A stretch of 64,000 bases of DNA, taken from contig CDLV01000012.1 of assembly GCA_001244265.2 (NCBI GenBank), positions 434,001 through 498,000 on the forward strand, given 5' to 3'. How positions within the stretch are numbered: the first letter of the stretch is position 1; each line of letters begins with the position of its first letter. The notes under the pieces are model-generated. The model had not been told where the DNA came from, did no database searches, and saw only the letters and a program-made list of their open reading frames with translations. The DNA is from Microbotryum violaceum. Lineage: Eukaryota. The position numbers were made by a program, and so were the translations under genes. Below are positions 27,802-40,877 of this stretch, piece after piece.

Positions 27802-29566
27802 ATGACGGAAACCAGGGCCTTATTCAAGGCGCTCAAGGTTGGCAACGTCGAGCTGCAACACCGAATCGCCATGGCCCCACTCACGCGGTTCCGAGCGCAA
27901 GACGACCACGTCCATTCCGGTTAGTGCCCAGAGTTTTCCTTTTTTGTATGTAGCAGACCTGTGCTGAAAAGTCTGAACCATCTACTGCACCAACCAATCT
28001 GTGTGACCTAACTCCTCCCGAACCACTGCACACCCTCGCTCTCCCCCTCAATTCGACGACCCGAACTCGGATATCGCCCCCGAATTTGCCGGTACGCGAC
28101 CGCTTACTATTCGTCATTTCCTTAATCTCGCACCACCACCGTCAACCTCCAGCCCTGGCAATCGAATACTACACCCAACGAGCAAGCCCAGGCGGTCTCA
28201 TCATCACCGAAGCGACCTTTATCCTCCCCAAGCCGGAGGGTACCGCAACGTACCCGGGTGCTATTCACCCGAGCAAATCAAAGCCTGGGCTAAGATCGTC
28301 AAAGGCGTGCATGGCAAAGGCGGAATCATCTTCCAACAACTGTGGGCTTTAGGGCGTGCGGCACAGGCTAAGGTTCTGCAAGAGGAAGGAGGGTATGATG
28401 TTGTCAGTGCTTCGGATGTGCCGTTGGACCCGAATGGGAATACGCGCAGCAAGGACAAGCCGAGACCCCTGACCAAGGACGAGATCAAGGAGTACATTGC
28501 TGGCTATGCTCAGTGCGCCAAGAATTTTATTCAGGGAGCTGGAGGTGACGGTGTCGAATGTGAGTGACCGACCTGAGGTGCTTTTACTCGGTCAGCTCTC
28601 ATCCGACGAAGTGGGCTGACAAAACTTTCACCCTTCCTTCGCTTCTCCAGTACACTTTGCCAACGGATACCTCGTGGACCAGTTCACGCAAACGAATTCG
28701 AACAAGCGTGCGGACGAATACGGTGGCTCGGTCAAGAACCGCTGCCGATTCGCTCGAGAGATCGTCAAAGCCGTCGTTGAGGCCGTCGGCGAAGGACGAA
28801 CGGCGCTCCGGATCAGTCCCCACTCCCCTTTCCAAGGTCGGTCTGGGATTCTACTCGTGATAAATACACGACGAGACTGATCCTAGTCTCAATCGATTAC
28901 GTCCATAGACATGAAGATGCCCGAGAAGGATATGATCGAGACGTTTTCGTACCTCACCAATGCACTCAAGAAGGATCACCCCGGACTCGCGTACTTGCAC
29001 GTGACCTTGCCTCGAGTCGCGGGTGGTTTCAGTAACGACAATGTGAAAGAAGAGGAGAACATCGACTTTATTGTCAGTCCTACTCCAATGACTTCTACTC
29101 GATCCCCACTCGCTGACACGTTGCCTTGATCATCCTTCCGTAGCATGACATTTGGGCCCCTTTGCCCATCATCATCGCAGGACAATACGAACCCGAATTC
29201 GCGATCGCCGACGCCGAAAAGTACCCCAACTCTATTATCGCATTCGGTCGCATGTTCATCTCCAACGTGAGCATCCCTCTACATGCTGAGCCCTGGCTCC
29301 TCTCGGCGCTTCTCTCGACCGTGCTGAGCTGATGGCCCTGCCGCCTTCACGTTCGTACAGCCCGACCTGCCTTACAAGATAAAGTACGGAGCGGAGTTGA
29401 CGCCTTACAATCGCAAGACGTTCTATCTCTATGGACCTGATAAAGCAGAAGGTAGATCTCCAAAAAGTATGTTCACCCTGATTATCCGGGAGCTGATGTC
29501 GGTCCTGTCGCTCTCGCTCCAGGCTATACGACGTACAAGGCCTCCAAAATCTGGGGCAAGCTATGA
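27802..29566 (+). CDS. Old yellow enzyme / NADH:flavin oxidoreductase; apparent 1-nt frameshift near 28224
   Basis: LQHRIAMAPLTRFRA, EYYTQRAS, GLIITEATFI, QLWALGRAA, HFANGYLVDQF, NKRADEYGGSVKNRCRF, IAFGRMFISNPDL and YNRKTFY. Confidence 0.92.
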
Positions 29567-30371
29567 AAGATCGAACGAATGAGATTTTATTGCACATTCT
29601 TGGAAATGCGGAAGATTGCCACCTTGTTCAGGATTTTTATTCGTATAGATAGAGATGTCAGTTTAGAAGCGATTTCGACTTGTAGAAAGTGGGCTTCCGT
29701 ACAACTCGAACGTACCACCGAAACATGCGACCAGCGCACGAATCTTCTACGCTTCACCTTGAAACTCCACTTCCTTTCATGTACCACACACAAAGATAAT
29801 CGTCCTCGTTCAAAGTGCCGCCTCGCTGCTTGAAGGGTCTTCCTCGTTGGGCTTCGGAGCGCTTGAGCTTGAGCGCTTGAACCCGCGCTTTCGAGTCTTC
29901 CTAGCGGCGGTGGGTAAAGGGACAGGACGATCAGGGACAACGGTATCAGTGGCCGCTGGGGCCCTCCCATCGATCCTGAACAACCAATAAAGTGTCAGCT
30001 TGGACTCTGACCGAGAAGAGATCCGCATGAAATCCTTGGGATCGACTAAGTCCAAGCCCAACATCGAACAACTCACATTCGAAAAAAAAAAAAACTACAT
30101 GACGACAGCGATTCGAAAACTTGACCAGCCTTTCTCCTTCAGCTTGCCGCGTTCACAAGCCTCCATGGTAGCTTGGGAACGATTTGAGATCGTCTGGGCA
30201 AAGGTTTGCCAAGCCTAGTTAGTTACCAATGACCCTTGGTCAAGGTTAATGCAATGCAACATCTAGCAACATACTTGGGAGCCATACCCAAAGAGACATC
30301 AACAATACGAACACACGAGAATCTGGGGGTATTGTAACATGTAATTTTGAAGGCCCGGACACTCCGTGCTA

Positions 30372-32985
30372 TCAATACGCAGCTGGGATACCGTTTTTCC
30401 TCGAGTCGGATGTAGCAAAGAAGCGGCCGTTCGAATCACGCATCACAGCTTGTACTTCGGCGATCCCAAGATTGACATCAAAGACACTGGATAGGCCAAG
30501 GTAAGCAGTTGAATCAGCTCTTAGCCAACAAAGATCACTCATGAGGTCGTTCATCAAACTCACGTGGTATTATGGCCCCTTTCTTTGAGAACCTCAATCA
30601 GATCCTCCCTAAACCCACTCTCGATCGAGACGTAAGCCGGAGACAGCTGATCGTGCACTCGGGATTGTTCAACGGCATTCCCAAGATCGTATCCAAAGTC
30701 CAAGTTGAGCAGAACCTGAGCGACGGCGCCAAAAATGCGAGATCCACCTGATCCACCTAGCGAGAGCCACACTTCGCCGTCGGGCGAATCCATTATCATC
30801 GGCGCCGTGGACGATAAGGGACGCTTACCCGGTGCGGGGTAATTGAAGGGAGAGGCTGTGCGTCGACCTCCCAATAGTTAGCCTCGCCACATCTTAAGGT
30901 GCTCAACTATTCTGCGGCCACCACTCACGTCTCAGGCCGAATGCATCCTGAATTCCAGGTGTGGCAAAATCGTCCATCTCGTCATTCATGATCACACCCG
31001 TCTTTTTGTCCATGACCCGCGACCCAAAGATGAGGTTGACCGTACTCGTCAAGCTGACCGAACTGCCCCACCGATCCACCGTACTGAGGTGCGTCGTCCC
31101 GTGGTCCTCCTTGATGTCGAAGTGAGGGTGGTAGTGCTCCAAGGTGTGCGTGCGCTCGTCGGTAATGTTAACGCGGACTCGGTCGGCGTATTCCCGCGTC
31201 GGAATTTCGGACAGGCGATGCGAATTCTTGATGTACGCAGGATCACCGACTTCGGTTCGGGCACCGAAGGCGACTGTGAGTCATATGGGGGGGTGGGGCT
31301 TAGCTTAGTGTCTGTACTAGTCTCCGCAAGGTTCTATTGCACTCACATTTGAGAGCCTCGACAAACCGATGCGTCGACAACCCAGTCCTTCCTTCATCGA
31401 TGTATTTCGGGAATCCCTCGAGGATGTTCAAGAGGTGCGTGATGATCGGTCCCCCCGATGGGTAGTGACCGGTGTAATAAGTCCGGTTGCGATAGGTCTC
31501 CTGTCGAGCCGGAAGGACGATAGCCGAGTAGCTACGCATGTCGTCGACGGTCAAGATGCCGCCTGCGGCTCGTACCGAAGCAACCATCGACTCCGCAAAC
31601 TCGCCCTTTTCAGAGTAAGAGGAAAACGCGGTCAGACTCTCAAAAGTAAAGCTTGGTAAGAGCCCAACGTAAGGAACGCACCTCGTAAAAGACTCCTGCT
31701 CCCTGCTGGCCAATTGTCTCCAGGGTCTCGGCATACGCCTTCCTCCTCAAAATCTCTCCCTCCTTGAGCAGTTCCCCGCCCGGTGCGAAGATCGCTCGCC
31801 AGTCCTCCTCCTCTAGCATCCAAGCTCCCATGCTCGCCCCACCGAACGGAGCCGCGTTCAGTCGTCTCGCCAATTCCCTTCCTACCTTGGACTTTCTCGC
31901 CAACTCGACCGAAGGTGCGAACAAGCGTTCCCAAGTAACACCTCCTCCACACCGCTCGTAGGCTGCCTCTAGACCGCGCAGTTCACCGGGTACGCCTACG
32001 GCGAGACCACCGATCTTGGACGCTCGGGCGGCGTCGAAGCTCGGGTCGTCCAGTCGCGGGGAGAACATCGTCGCAGACGAGCCTGAAGGTGCCGTTTCAC
32101 GGAAGTCGATCGCGATCGGTTCAGTGCACCGCGGGTTGAAGTTTGCATGAGACGTGGAAGGGCGGATGACCATGAATCTGAAGGGGACATGTGGCGCACC
32201 AGCCGCGTGACAAAATCACGTCAGCGTCGCTCCAGCAGCGATTAGAGGAAGTAAAGATTGGGCTGGGCCATGGCTACTCACCCTCCACCACCGATGCCTG
32301 CACTGAACATGTTTGTGACACCGATGCAGATAGCCGAAGCGATCGCCGCGTCCGTCGCTGTTCCATTCTCCTTGAGGACTATCAAGCGCGAAGAGGGAAT
32401 GGAGGAAAGAGAGCAGATTGAGCGTAGGTTCACTAATGGTATGACAATCGCTGAGAGGTATGGGCGTACCATCGACGCCGATGTTGGAGCAGATATCGAC
32501 CTCGGTAGCAACAGCGCCGTTGCGACCGCTGACGAGGTAGTTGGGATTCCTCAGCCCCGGTTTCGCAGGTGGCAATCGACTGTAGTCGGGTGTATCGTTC
32601 GGTCCACCGTCCGAATCGCCCTCGTCGCCCCTTGATCCGCCCAGCTTGCCCTCACTTCGGAGAATGATGAGCACCACCCCGGTCACGAGCAGCACGAGAC
32701 CGAGTCCACCGGCCGCGACTCGGGTCCAGTACCGGTTCGAATTGGACTCGACGACGATCGATTTCGAAAGCGCTCGTTTGCGGTACGATGGGCGTTGGGC
32801 CAAGAGGGCCCCGAGAGCAAAGGGGTGCCCTCGTGAGCGTGTGGGGCCGATCCCGATCCTGATACGGAGGCGGATGAAGAAGCACGCAGCCGTCGGGCCG
32901 GCGAATTGGACGATGATGCCAGCGAGTTGACGCGCGACGGTCGAGTCGTCAAAAGGCCTCCTGTACCTTGTTCCAGATCGGTCAT
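30372..32985 (-). CDS. Gamma-glutamyltranspeptidase, type II membrane; N-terminus ambiguous (frameshift, or alternative ATG at 33073)
   Basis: GAVATEVDICS, SAGIGGG, IDFRETAP, VGVPGELRGL, GTTHLSTVD (nucleophile Thr), MNDEMDDF, PGKRPLSS and GGSGGSRI. Confidence 0.93.
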
Positions 32986-34180
32986 GGTAGGGAGGGAGGG
33001 AAGGTAGCGGCTCGTAGCGGATGCGAGAGAGAGCACCGGAGAGAGAGAGAACCCGAGAGCCGCGAGGTGCCATGGCAAATCAGCCGGCGCACCACGCGCT
33101 AGCAGCCCGGCAGAAAATGCGATCAGTCTGAAGTAATTAGCGGCCCCCGAAATAGTAACATCCAGAGGAACCGGTCTGCTCGTCATTATCGCAATCGGTA
33201 AGACAAGTGAAGCCAAGAGCACCGATCTGACAAACAAAAAATATAAAAAGACCCCCGAACGAACCCATGTGGCGATGTTCTGCTACTCTACCAGCTGAAG
33301 CAGCAAGTTCTTCAGCAACTTTTCCCCACTGGCAAAGTTGTTTCACATGGGATGTGTTATATTCTCCTTTATCCGAAGTCGCTCTTGACAACAGAAAAGA
33401 TAGGTCAAGAGTGTGTGCACGCTCACTGGGCCAACAAGACAGGGGTCAGTCACCCGCGCGGGCTGTTTGCATGCCCCACTCCTTTCCCTTCTTCCCTTCA
33501 AGTTGGGCCCTCGTCCCTGTCTCATCATATGCCACTCCACTCCTCCCACTCCACTCCTCCTGTAAAAAGAAAACCTCCAGGATACATATTGTAACGTCCA
33601 GTACGTTTCAACCTTCGAGTTTATGAACGTCACTCGTTCTTATCGACGGGACACTCTTCAAGCCTGCTCCGATCGAGCGATGGCGAACCATCCATAATAT
33701 CCATGCCCTACCTGTGACTCCTGAGAATATTGACCCTCTTTAATTCTCTTCCAGAACCTCCCCAGGTTGCAAAGAGTCGGGGTGATCGTGGATAGTAAGG
33801 TCGTCGTCGAGGGGGGGGGGGGGTATAAACTTCGCTGAGATAGCTTGGCCACGACATGGCAAGTGACTGAACCACAGCCCACGATGCCACAACCGTTGAG
33901 CTGCAGAGAACTGTGGTTACGCGTTCATAGATATGTATTCCCTATCCTTAATCCCGAGCTATCATCTATCGATTCGCCTACCTACCAAGTAAAGCTCGGT
34001 GACACCGCGTTGTCTTCAGCTTTTCGACTTTTGATCGGGGCTACTTCGATCGGTTAAATCGACCGCACCGCCGATCGCTTTATAGTGCCTTGAGCGCGTA
34101 AATTGCCCAGCTCTGAGTGTCCGAAGGCTGTGCGTTCGTCTCCTGCGCTGTACTCGACAAGACCGAACCAACAGCTCAAC

Positions 34181-35723
34181 ATGACGTTCATGGATCGATT
34201 GCTGCATGGACCCGAACGACAGCGACACGTCGCGCCGACCGATAACCGTCGACGAGTGCAGTTGCTGCTGTCGTATCTGCCAGGTCAGTTCAATGTCTCT
34301 CATGCTGCCACGGTGCTGGCAAGAGGATGAGAGGGTGAGCTCCGGTGAACGGGTGGGCTGTGCGAGCTCACATCCCAGCAATGCGATAAGTGGAACAACT
34401 TGCCCGAAAGTTTACTTGTCGATGGAAGCCATGTCGCCATCAATAGGGTGATCGGCCCCCGTCAGCTCGCGGCAAGCTCGTCACCACGGATGACCTGGCG
34501 AGGGGCGACCCAAGCTGCCCGGGCGAGCCCACCAGAGCGCCGATCCCTTTCGTTTCCGTACCCTTAGTATGCCGGACTAACCTCCGCGCAAATTCTTGTA
34601 CCTCAACTGCGTGCGCTCCATAGATTGGCTTTTCACGGTCATTCTGCTCGTGCTTATCAATGTTTTGACCGAACACTCGGGTATGTCCAATTCACTGCTT
34701 CGGGGATGCTCGGACCTGCAAACTCACCGTAGACTCTGCAGGTTACAAGCGCGAATTCTCCTTGACGGATACGTCGATCCAACACACTTTTGCGGTCAAG
34801 GAGAGGATTTCGTTTGGGCTTGATGTACGTGCGGAGATCAGCTTAATGTGAGAGACTCACTGGCAACAACTCTGACTTTTTATGGTCCCATCCTATAGAT
34901 CGGACTTGCAGCAGGTGTCCCAGCGGTGATCATCATCTTCGTCGGTCTCATCTGGAACCGTTCCTTCTGGGACGTCCACGCCGGTCTGCTCGGTCTTTTC
35001 CTGAGCTGCTCCATCACGACCGTCATCACTCAAGTGATCAAGATCTGTGTTGGTCGACCCCGTCCGGACATGTTGTCGCGTTGTCTTCCCATCGCCGGAG
35101 CTGCAAATGCCGAACCTTTCGGTCTTGCGACGATCGCCGTTTGCACCGTCCAAACAGGTCACATCATCAACGACGGATTCAAATCCTTCCCTTCCGGACA
35201 CTCCTCCTTCGCATTCGCTGGACTAGGTTTTCTCTCCTTCTACATGGCCGGCAAGATGCATCTCTACGACATGCGTGGGCACGCGATCAAAGCTTGGATC
35301 TGTATCGCGCCTTGGACGGGAGCGTGCCTGATCGCGATTTCCCGTACGATGGATTATCGTCATCATGCGACGGACGTGATCGCGGGTTCTTTATTGGGCG
35401 CGGCGATCACGGTGTTGACGTACCATTTGTACTATCCTTCCATCTTGAGCCCTTCGTGCGACTTGCCTTATTCGCCGAGGATCCCGAGGAGCCTATTGGC
35501 GAGTACGAATCAAGTTGGGAAAGGGAATGGGAATGGAAATGGAGGGATCGAGGATGATCAAGTCGCTGTGGGAATGACACCGAGACCGGTGGCGAACAAC
35601 GGCAATCCATATCAAGGGGCGAACACGCATATAACGCCTGAAATCGCTTTGGAGGAAGGGAGGATTGGAGGTGTGGGGAGAGAGTATGATCGCGTTGCGA
35701 GTTCGAATACGTCGGTTTATTGA
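34181..35723 (+). CDS. PAP2-family lipid phosphate phosphatase (Dpp1-like)
   Basis: KICVGRPRPD, SFPSGHSS and SRTMDYRHHATDV are the three PAP2 motifs; first exon ends LLLSYLP|D. Confidence 0.92.
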
Positions 35724-35851
35724 TCGGAGGGGGGGTTCGTGATGGATGCGCGGATATTATAGTTTCTTGGCACGCAATGACGGATCGACCTTAGCTTGCA
35801 TGATTTAGTCTCCTCATTTTTAATGATGAAATATCATTGTATACCTTACTA

Positions 35852-37414
35852 TCTTACTATTGTCATCTGCAAACTTTCGCGTACATGAGACTCTCTCGTA
35901 CGATTATCTTCACGGAGAGCCAAGGCCGGGGGCAGCAGAGACGTCGGCATCGTAAGCCAGCTGAGCTAGCCGAGCGCTCAATTCGTTCAACCTGCTAGAT
36001 TGAGTACAGCGGACTAACGGCCTTGCTGACTAGGGCCGCATTCTTACATTCAATGAAAACCTTGCTATGGAATCATTCGGCACGAGCAAAGGCCATGGCA
36101 TCTTCAGCGGCTCCGGACCACCATCTGTCTACCTGAGCGGAACGGTATTTCACCGTATCGGCACGCTAGCCCCAGCCTCAACAGACGACCCAGTCTTTGC
36201 TCAGATTATATTCCTGGCTCCGACGGAACGCATTGAAGCCCGATGAAGATTCAATGGACCGTCTGAAGAAGTACGACGTCTGGACTCAGCGTATCAGCAG
36301 ATTGTTCCTCTACTCAACGACATGCTACGACATCACAACAGTCGCGTCAAACTGTTCTTGACAGCACACGAATTCATGGCAGGGATGCGTCTCACATGTA
36401 CCAGCTGAGATTACTTGCACCGCGCAATCGAGATCCGAGAACCTACAACTTGCCGACCCAAGACGAGGTGGCCGTCATTCTACCCGGAGACGAGACCGAG
36501 TACCGATCTTCAAGAAGAGAGATCGTCGCTCGGTTTCGTGTCCCGTCAAGCTCCTCAGAGACCTGGACCCCGTTGCGGGGCTGTGCAACGGCACAAGACT
36601 GTTGTTAACTCGGTTACACACCCGCGTGCTCGAGGCCATCATTCTCACAGGAGATCATGCTGGACAACCCGTTTTGTTGCCACGGATCCCGCTGAAGACT
36701 GGGTCATCAGCTGAGCTTCCGTTCACTCTGCATCGGAGTTTCCGATTCGGCTGGCAATGGCTATGACGATCAACAAGTCGCAAGGGCAGTCACTCCGCGC
36801 AGGTAGGAGTGTGTCTGGAGACGCCTGTTCTTTCTCACAGCCAGTTGTACGTCGCGTTGTCCTGAGCAACGAATGTGGACGGTGTCAGAGTCTTGCTTCA
36901 TCAGACTGAGAATGGAGAAGCGGATAATGTAACAGAAAACATATTTTTAGAATGGTTTTTGAGTTAAGTCACCGCATAAAGGTGAAACTTGGTCCACTAT
37001 GAGGTCTACGCCCACATGACAGCTTCCCAATCTTGATTTGTGTCCTGTAATTATTACTCATTCTAATTAAAGGGCTTTTCCCGGATGCTATATCTTCGCA
37101 TTTGACGGTTGACGTAAATGAAATGAAGAGTTATCTCAAAGCTTCACAGTGAAGCTCGGCCAATTCCAATCCCAATTCCAATTCCAATTCCAATTAGCAG
37201 GTGAGGGATGTCGGGCTGACTCCTAACCGCTGGGAGCGAGTAGTTCAATGATGAAATTGAAGGCTCTGTACATTTGATCGTTGTCGCGCGGTCCTCTCCC
37301 GGCTTCAACCACTCGGTTTCCGTTACTGAACAGTATCGCAGCTTTTGCAGCAAAGTATGTCACATTGCAACGGTTCGATGTTTACGGTGGGAGGTGGTGC
37401 GCCGCCAAACCTAG
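35852..37414 (+). mobile_element. Internally deleted, non-autonomous Helitron
   Basis: Rep N-terminal motifs (FNENLAM, GTVFHRIGTL, PVFAQI, RTYNLPTQDEVAVILPG) fused near 36545 to the Pif1 C-terminus (GLCNGTRL, LLPRI, FPIRLAMAMTINKSQGQSL, QLYVALS*); candidate ends A|TCTTACTAT and weak hairpin plus CTAG|T; the termini are less certain than the coding remnants. Confidence 0.88.
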
Positions 37415-37749
37415 TACGATTAACTTATGAGGTGGAGAGACAGGATCGAGGCTAATGATGCCTACTTGTATCATGGGGAGTCACCAACGTACGACAAAGA
37501 GAGCTGCGCTTCACCACAACAGGGAAACTGTCACGGACGAGAGCCCATCATTACCTCGTCGAATTGTGAACACGTGCACGACGTGTACTTTTGACGTGAT
37601 CTCTGCGCTGCTGATTCATCGCATCGTCACAAGACCACACCGAAAAACATTCTTGTATTTGCAGAACGGCGCAGGGGGCCCAACCTCCACCAAGATCCCC
37701 CAAAAGACGTCGTTTTCTTTCCAATCTTGCTTCTCGATAATCACTGCAT

Positions 37750-38408
37750 TCACTTCTTTCCCTTCTTCCCCTTTGCCGTCTTGACCGGACTGGATCCCGA
37801 CTGCGCACCCGTCGCGGTCGCGGTCGTCGTCGGTTTGGCTGCCGATTTACCCTCTGCCTCCTTTTGAGCCTTTTGCTTCTGTTCCAACAACACCTTCCTC
37901 GCCTCGGCTTCCCTCTTCTCCACCTTCTCCATGGTCCATTTGCGGGTGTAGGAGGACATGGTTAATTGGACGATGAGGCCGATGAGCGGGATGAGGAGGT
38001 GCGAGTAGTTCGAGAGCAGCGAGGTCAGTTTGGCGTAAAAGGCCACGACGGCGGGAGTGTTCTGTTTGAGTTTGGGTTGAGAAGGTCGGTCGGGGAGTGG
38101 AGTTGAGTTGTGGAAGGTGTTGCAACGATGGGGAGCGAATGAAGGGAGGGGGAGTCATCGATGAGGCCGGGGTGCGGGAGTACGCCAGAGAGCACATGCG
38201 CGACGAGCAGACAAAACATTAAGACGCGAAGAAAAGAACGTAACAGATTAGTGCCAAAGCCCAGGAGTGTCCCAATCGACCACGCTCCCAAACGTACGAG
38301 CAATTGTACGACTTGCTTCGCCAAGACATTGTCGCTATGGTCGAGGAAGACGTAAGCGTTGTGCGGCGCCTCGATCGCCTTGGTGAAGAATTCGGACAGG
38401 GCTTCCAT
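37750..38408 (-). CDS. Small hypothetical membrane protein, two exons, Lys-rich C-terminus
   Basis: MEALSEFF...QVVQLL|NTPAVVAFYAK...LLIPLIGLIVQL...KGKKGKK joined by a GTACGT..AACAG intron. Confidence 0.65.
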
Positions 38409-38783
38409 GCTTGAGTTGGGTGACCTGGTGTTGAGCGCTAAGTCTTTAGTGGGTGGGGCTTGCGTGCGTGTGGCGACAAAGTGGGGCAAGGCGGGGGCAG
38501 AGGGGACAGAGGGAGAACCGAACACCCAGCGCCTCCCGATGCTGTCAGGTGAGGTCAGGTGCGCCACAATCTGCCACAATTTAGCGCTGACGCAAGCTGG
38601 CGCACGGACCTCTTTTGGTTCGGCTGACAAAGTCCGTCTCCAATGCTCTCGTGGGAGATGTAATCTGCAGTAGTGATACACGACACGACGCACCCTACTC
38701 GAACAACCCTGTCTGAACGCTCCTTCGCCGAGGCCGACCTCAGCTACAGTCCTTCATCCTCGCTTTGCCCATCGACCCACCAT

Positions 38784-39440
38784 TCAGTCGTCACACCGCC
38801 CCAAATCATCCTTGGTCGCGACTTTTATCCCGCCCCACCCATGGAGAGGTTCTTCGGCCCTGGCTTGGGCGAGCATTTCGACGAGGCCTTCTTTGTGTGG
38901 AATCGCGGCCTGGGAGGATCGGGGCAAAATCAGATCAATATTTCGATAATGAAGCGGGGGGATTGACCCCTGCTCTTTGAAAGAAAAGTCGGCTCTGGGT
39001 CCGGCTCCGCTCGCCGAGCCGTACGCGTGGACCGTCTTGATCGTGCGACGTCTGTTTCCACTCGAGTCAACGACATTCCTCCGCTCTTTTAACCGAACTC
39101 ACCTTCAAACACTCTTGATACTCTTTGTAAACGGCCGCACAATTTGTATCGTACTCGTCCTTTTTCTCCTTGATGAGCCGATCCCTCTGTTCCCTCTCCG
39201 TCTTTCCCTTGGCGGTATCGATGGGGTGTTGTAAGGGAGGGGAAACGAGCACGAGGTAGGATTTGAACCAGTGGTTGAAGCAGGTGTCGAACGCGTGCTT
39301 GGACGGGTTGCAGGTGGGGGAGAGGGAGGACGCCTGCGGTCAATACAAGTGTGTGTGGGGGGGAAGGGGGGTTAGCCTTGTCGATTGTACGGGATGGGCA
39401 CGACCGTTGCGAGGTGGAGAGCGTGCTGGGGACTTGCCAT
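38784..39440 (-). CDS. MDM35: Mitochondrial twin-CX9C protein Mdm35/TRIAP1
   Basis: M|ASSLSPTCNPSKHAFDTCFNHWF...NCAAVYKEYQECLK; ATG followed by a GCAAGT (GC-AG) donor. Confidence 0.85.
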
Positions 39441-39838
39441 GGTGGTGGCGCAAGAGAAAGTCGAGGAAACAATCGACAGCGCTCCCCGATGGGTCAGGGC
39501 GGGGAAGTGGATCAAGCGTAATCAAGCAACTCTGGCGCGAAACGGCGCGAAAGGCTTCTCTCGCGTGGAAGCTCGCCGAACACGCCGCGACACTCGCTTT
39601 TGCCCTTACGCGCCACTTATCCTACCCCCATCCGCCATCCGGGTGCACCAGACTATTTCGTCGGTGGGATAGCTATCGACCTCCTGGGCCCGGTCTTGGC
39701 AAGGTTTTGACTACGCTTCGTGCTCCGCTTCGACCTCGGTCTCCGCTCAACCTCGGGATATCATCATACCGAGCTAGCCTCCGTAGCCTCCTTGACCTCA
39801 TCCAACTCAGCCTGTCGTCCGGTTCGACTGACTGCAAG

Positions 39839-40877
39839 ATGTGAGCTTTTGTTCCCGGAACGTGTTCCCCAACCCCCACAGCGGTCCGACTGATCCTCGT
39901 CTCTCAGGTCCTCCACGACGATCACCTTGACGACCCCTGCGACCGCGCTCCCGAACGATCCTACCTCCCTCTCCAAACTGATCCGTCAACGCCACCTCGT
40001 CGCCCTCCAATCCCTCTACGAACAACGCACGCTCCAACACATTGCCCAACAAGAACGATTGGCTCGGCAACGCCGACAGAAGAGGTTGGCCGCTTTGGGT
40101 GCCGAGGAAGGGACGCCGACGAGTAGTGAGGTGGAGATGACGGAAGAGGTAGAGGAAGATCCCAAGGTGGTGGAGGCGAGCGATAGACGGACCTTGTACA
40201 AGGCTTTGTACTTGTCCGAGCCTACATCTTCGACCGCATCAGCAGCCCCACCCAACCCCAGCTCCTGCCCCAGCTCCGCCTCCCACCCTCCCCCACCCAT
40301 CGACCGCCTCGGCCACGCCTACGATTTCGTCTACCACCTCGCGCCCAACGGTTCTTCCGACGCCTACTACCACGGACCTCACCCACCTCCACCTTCCAAA
40401 ATAGTCAATTCCATCATCAAGGCCTACAAGAACCCCCCCTTTTTCGATCCGACCGGTTTGACTTCGAACCAATTGTTACCGAAAGCCACCGAATTGTTCC
40501 AAGCGCCCTTTCGAAACACTGCTTCCTCGTCATCAACGACTACCACCACTCCTTCAACGAACACTTTGGCTACCCCATCAGTTGTTCCATCAACGGAAAC
40601 GATCGACGTCGTCGAAGCGGAATTGATCGCTTCTTTTTCGGCGAGTTGCGATGAACGCATCGGAGAAACTTTAGCCAAGATGGAACAACCTGATCGGGAA
40701 GTCGCTTTGCAACGTAGAGATTATGCGAGGTATGCTATTGGGGTTACGAATGCGGCGCAGTTGCAACAACTTCAGCAGCACAGGTCGGGTGTGCAGATGC
40801 AGGTGGGCTCGTCGGGGGGAGTTCATGGGTCGGTGGTCGGACCGCAGGGGGCGGGAGGGTATGGTGCGTGGAGGTAA
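39839..40877 (+). CDS. Hypothetical protein of about 320 aa
   Basis: Long ORF with basic/coiled and Pro-rich segments; start formed by AT|G across intron 39841-39907. Confidence 0.65.

Noticed and set aside
29587-30218. Possible small minus-strand gene between OYE and GGT
   Set aside because: Short basic ORF pieces with no coherent exon chain or recognisable domain
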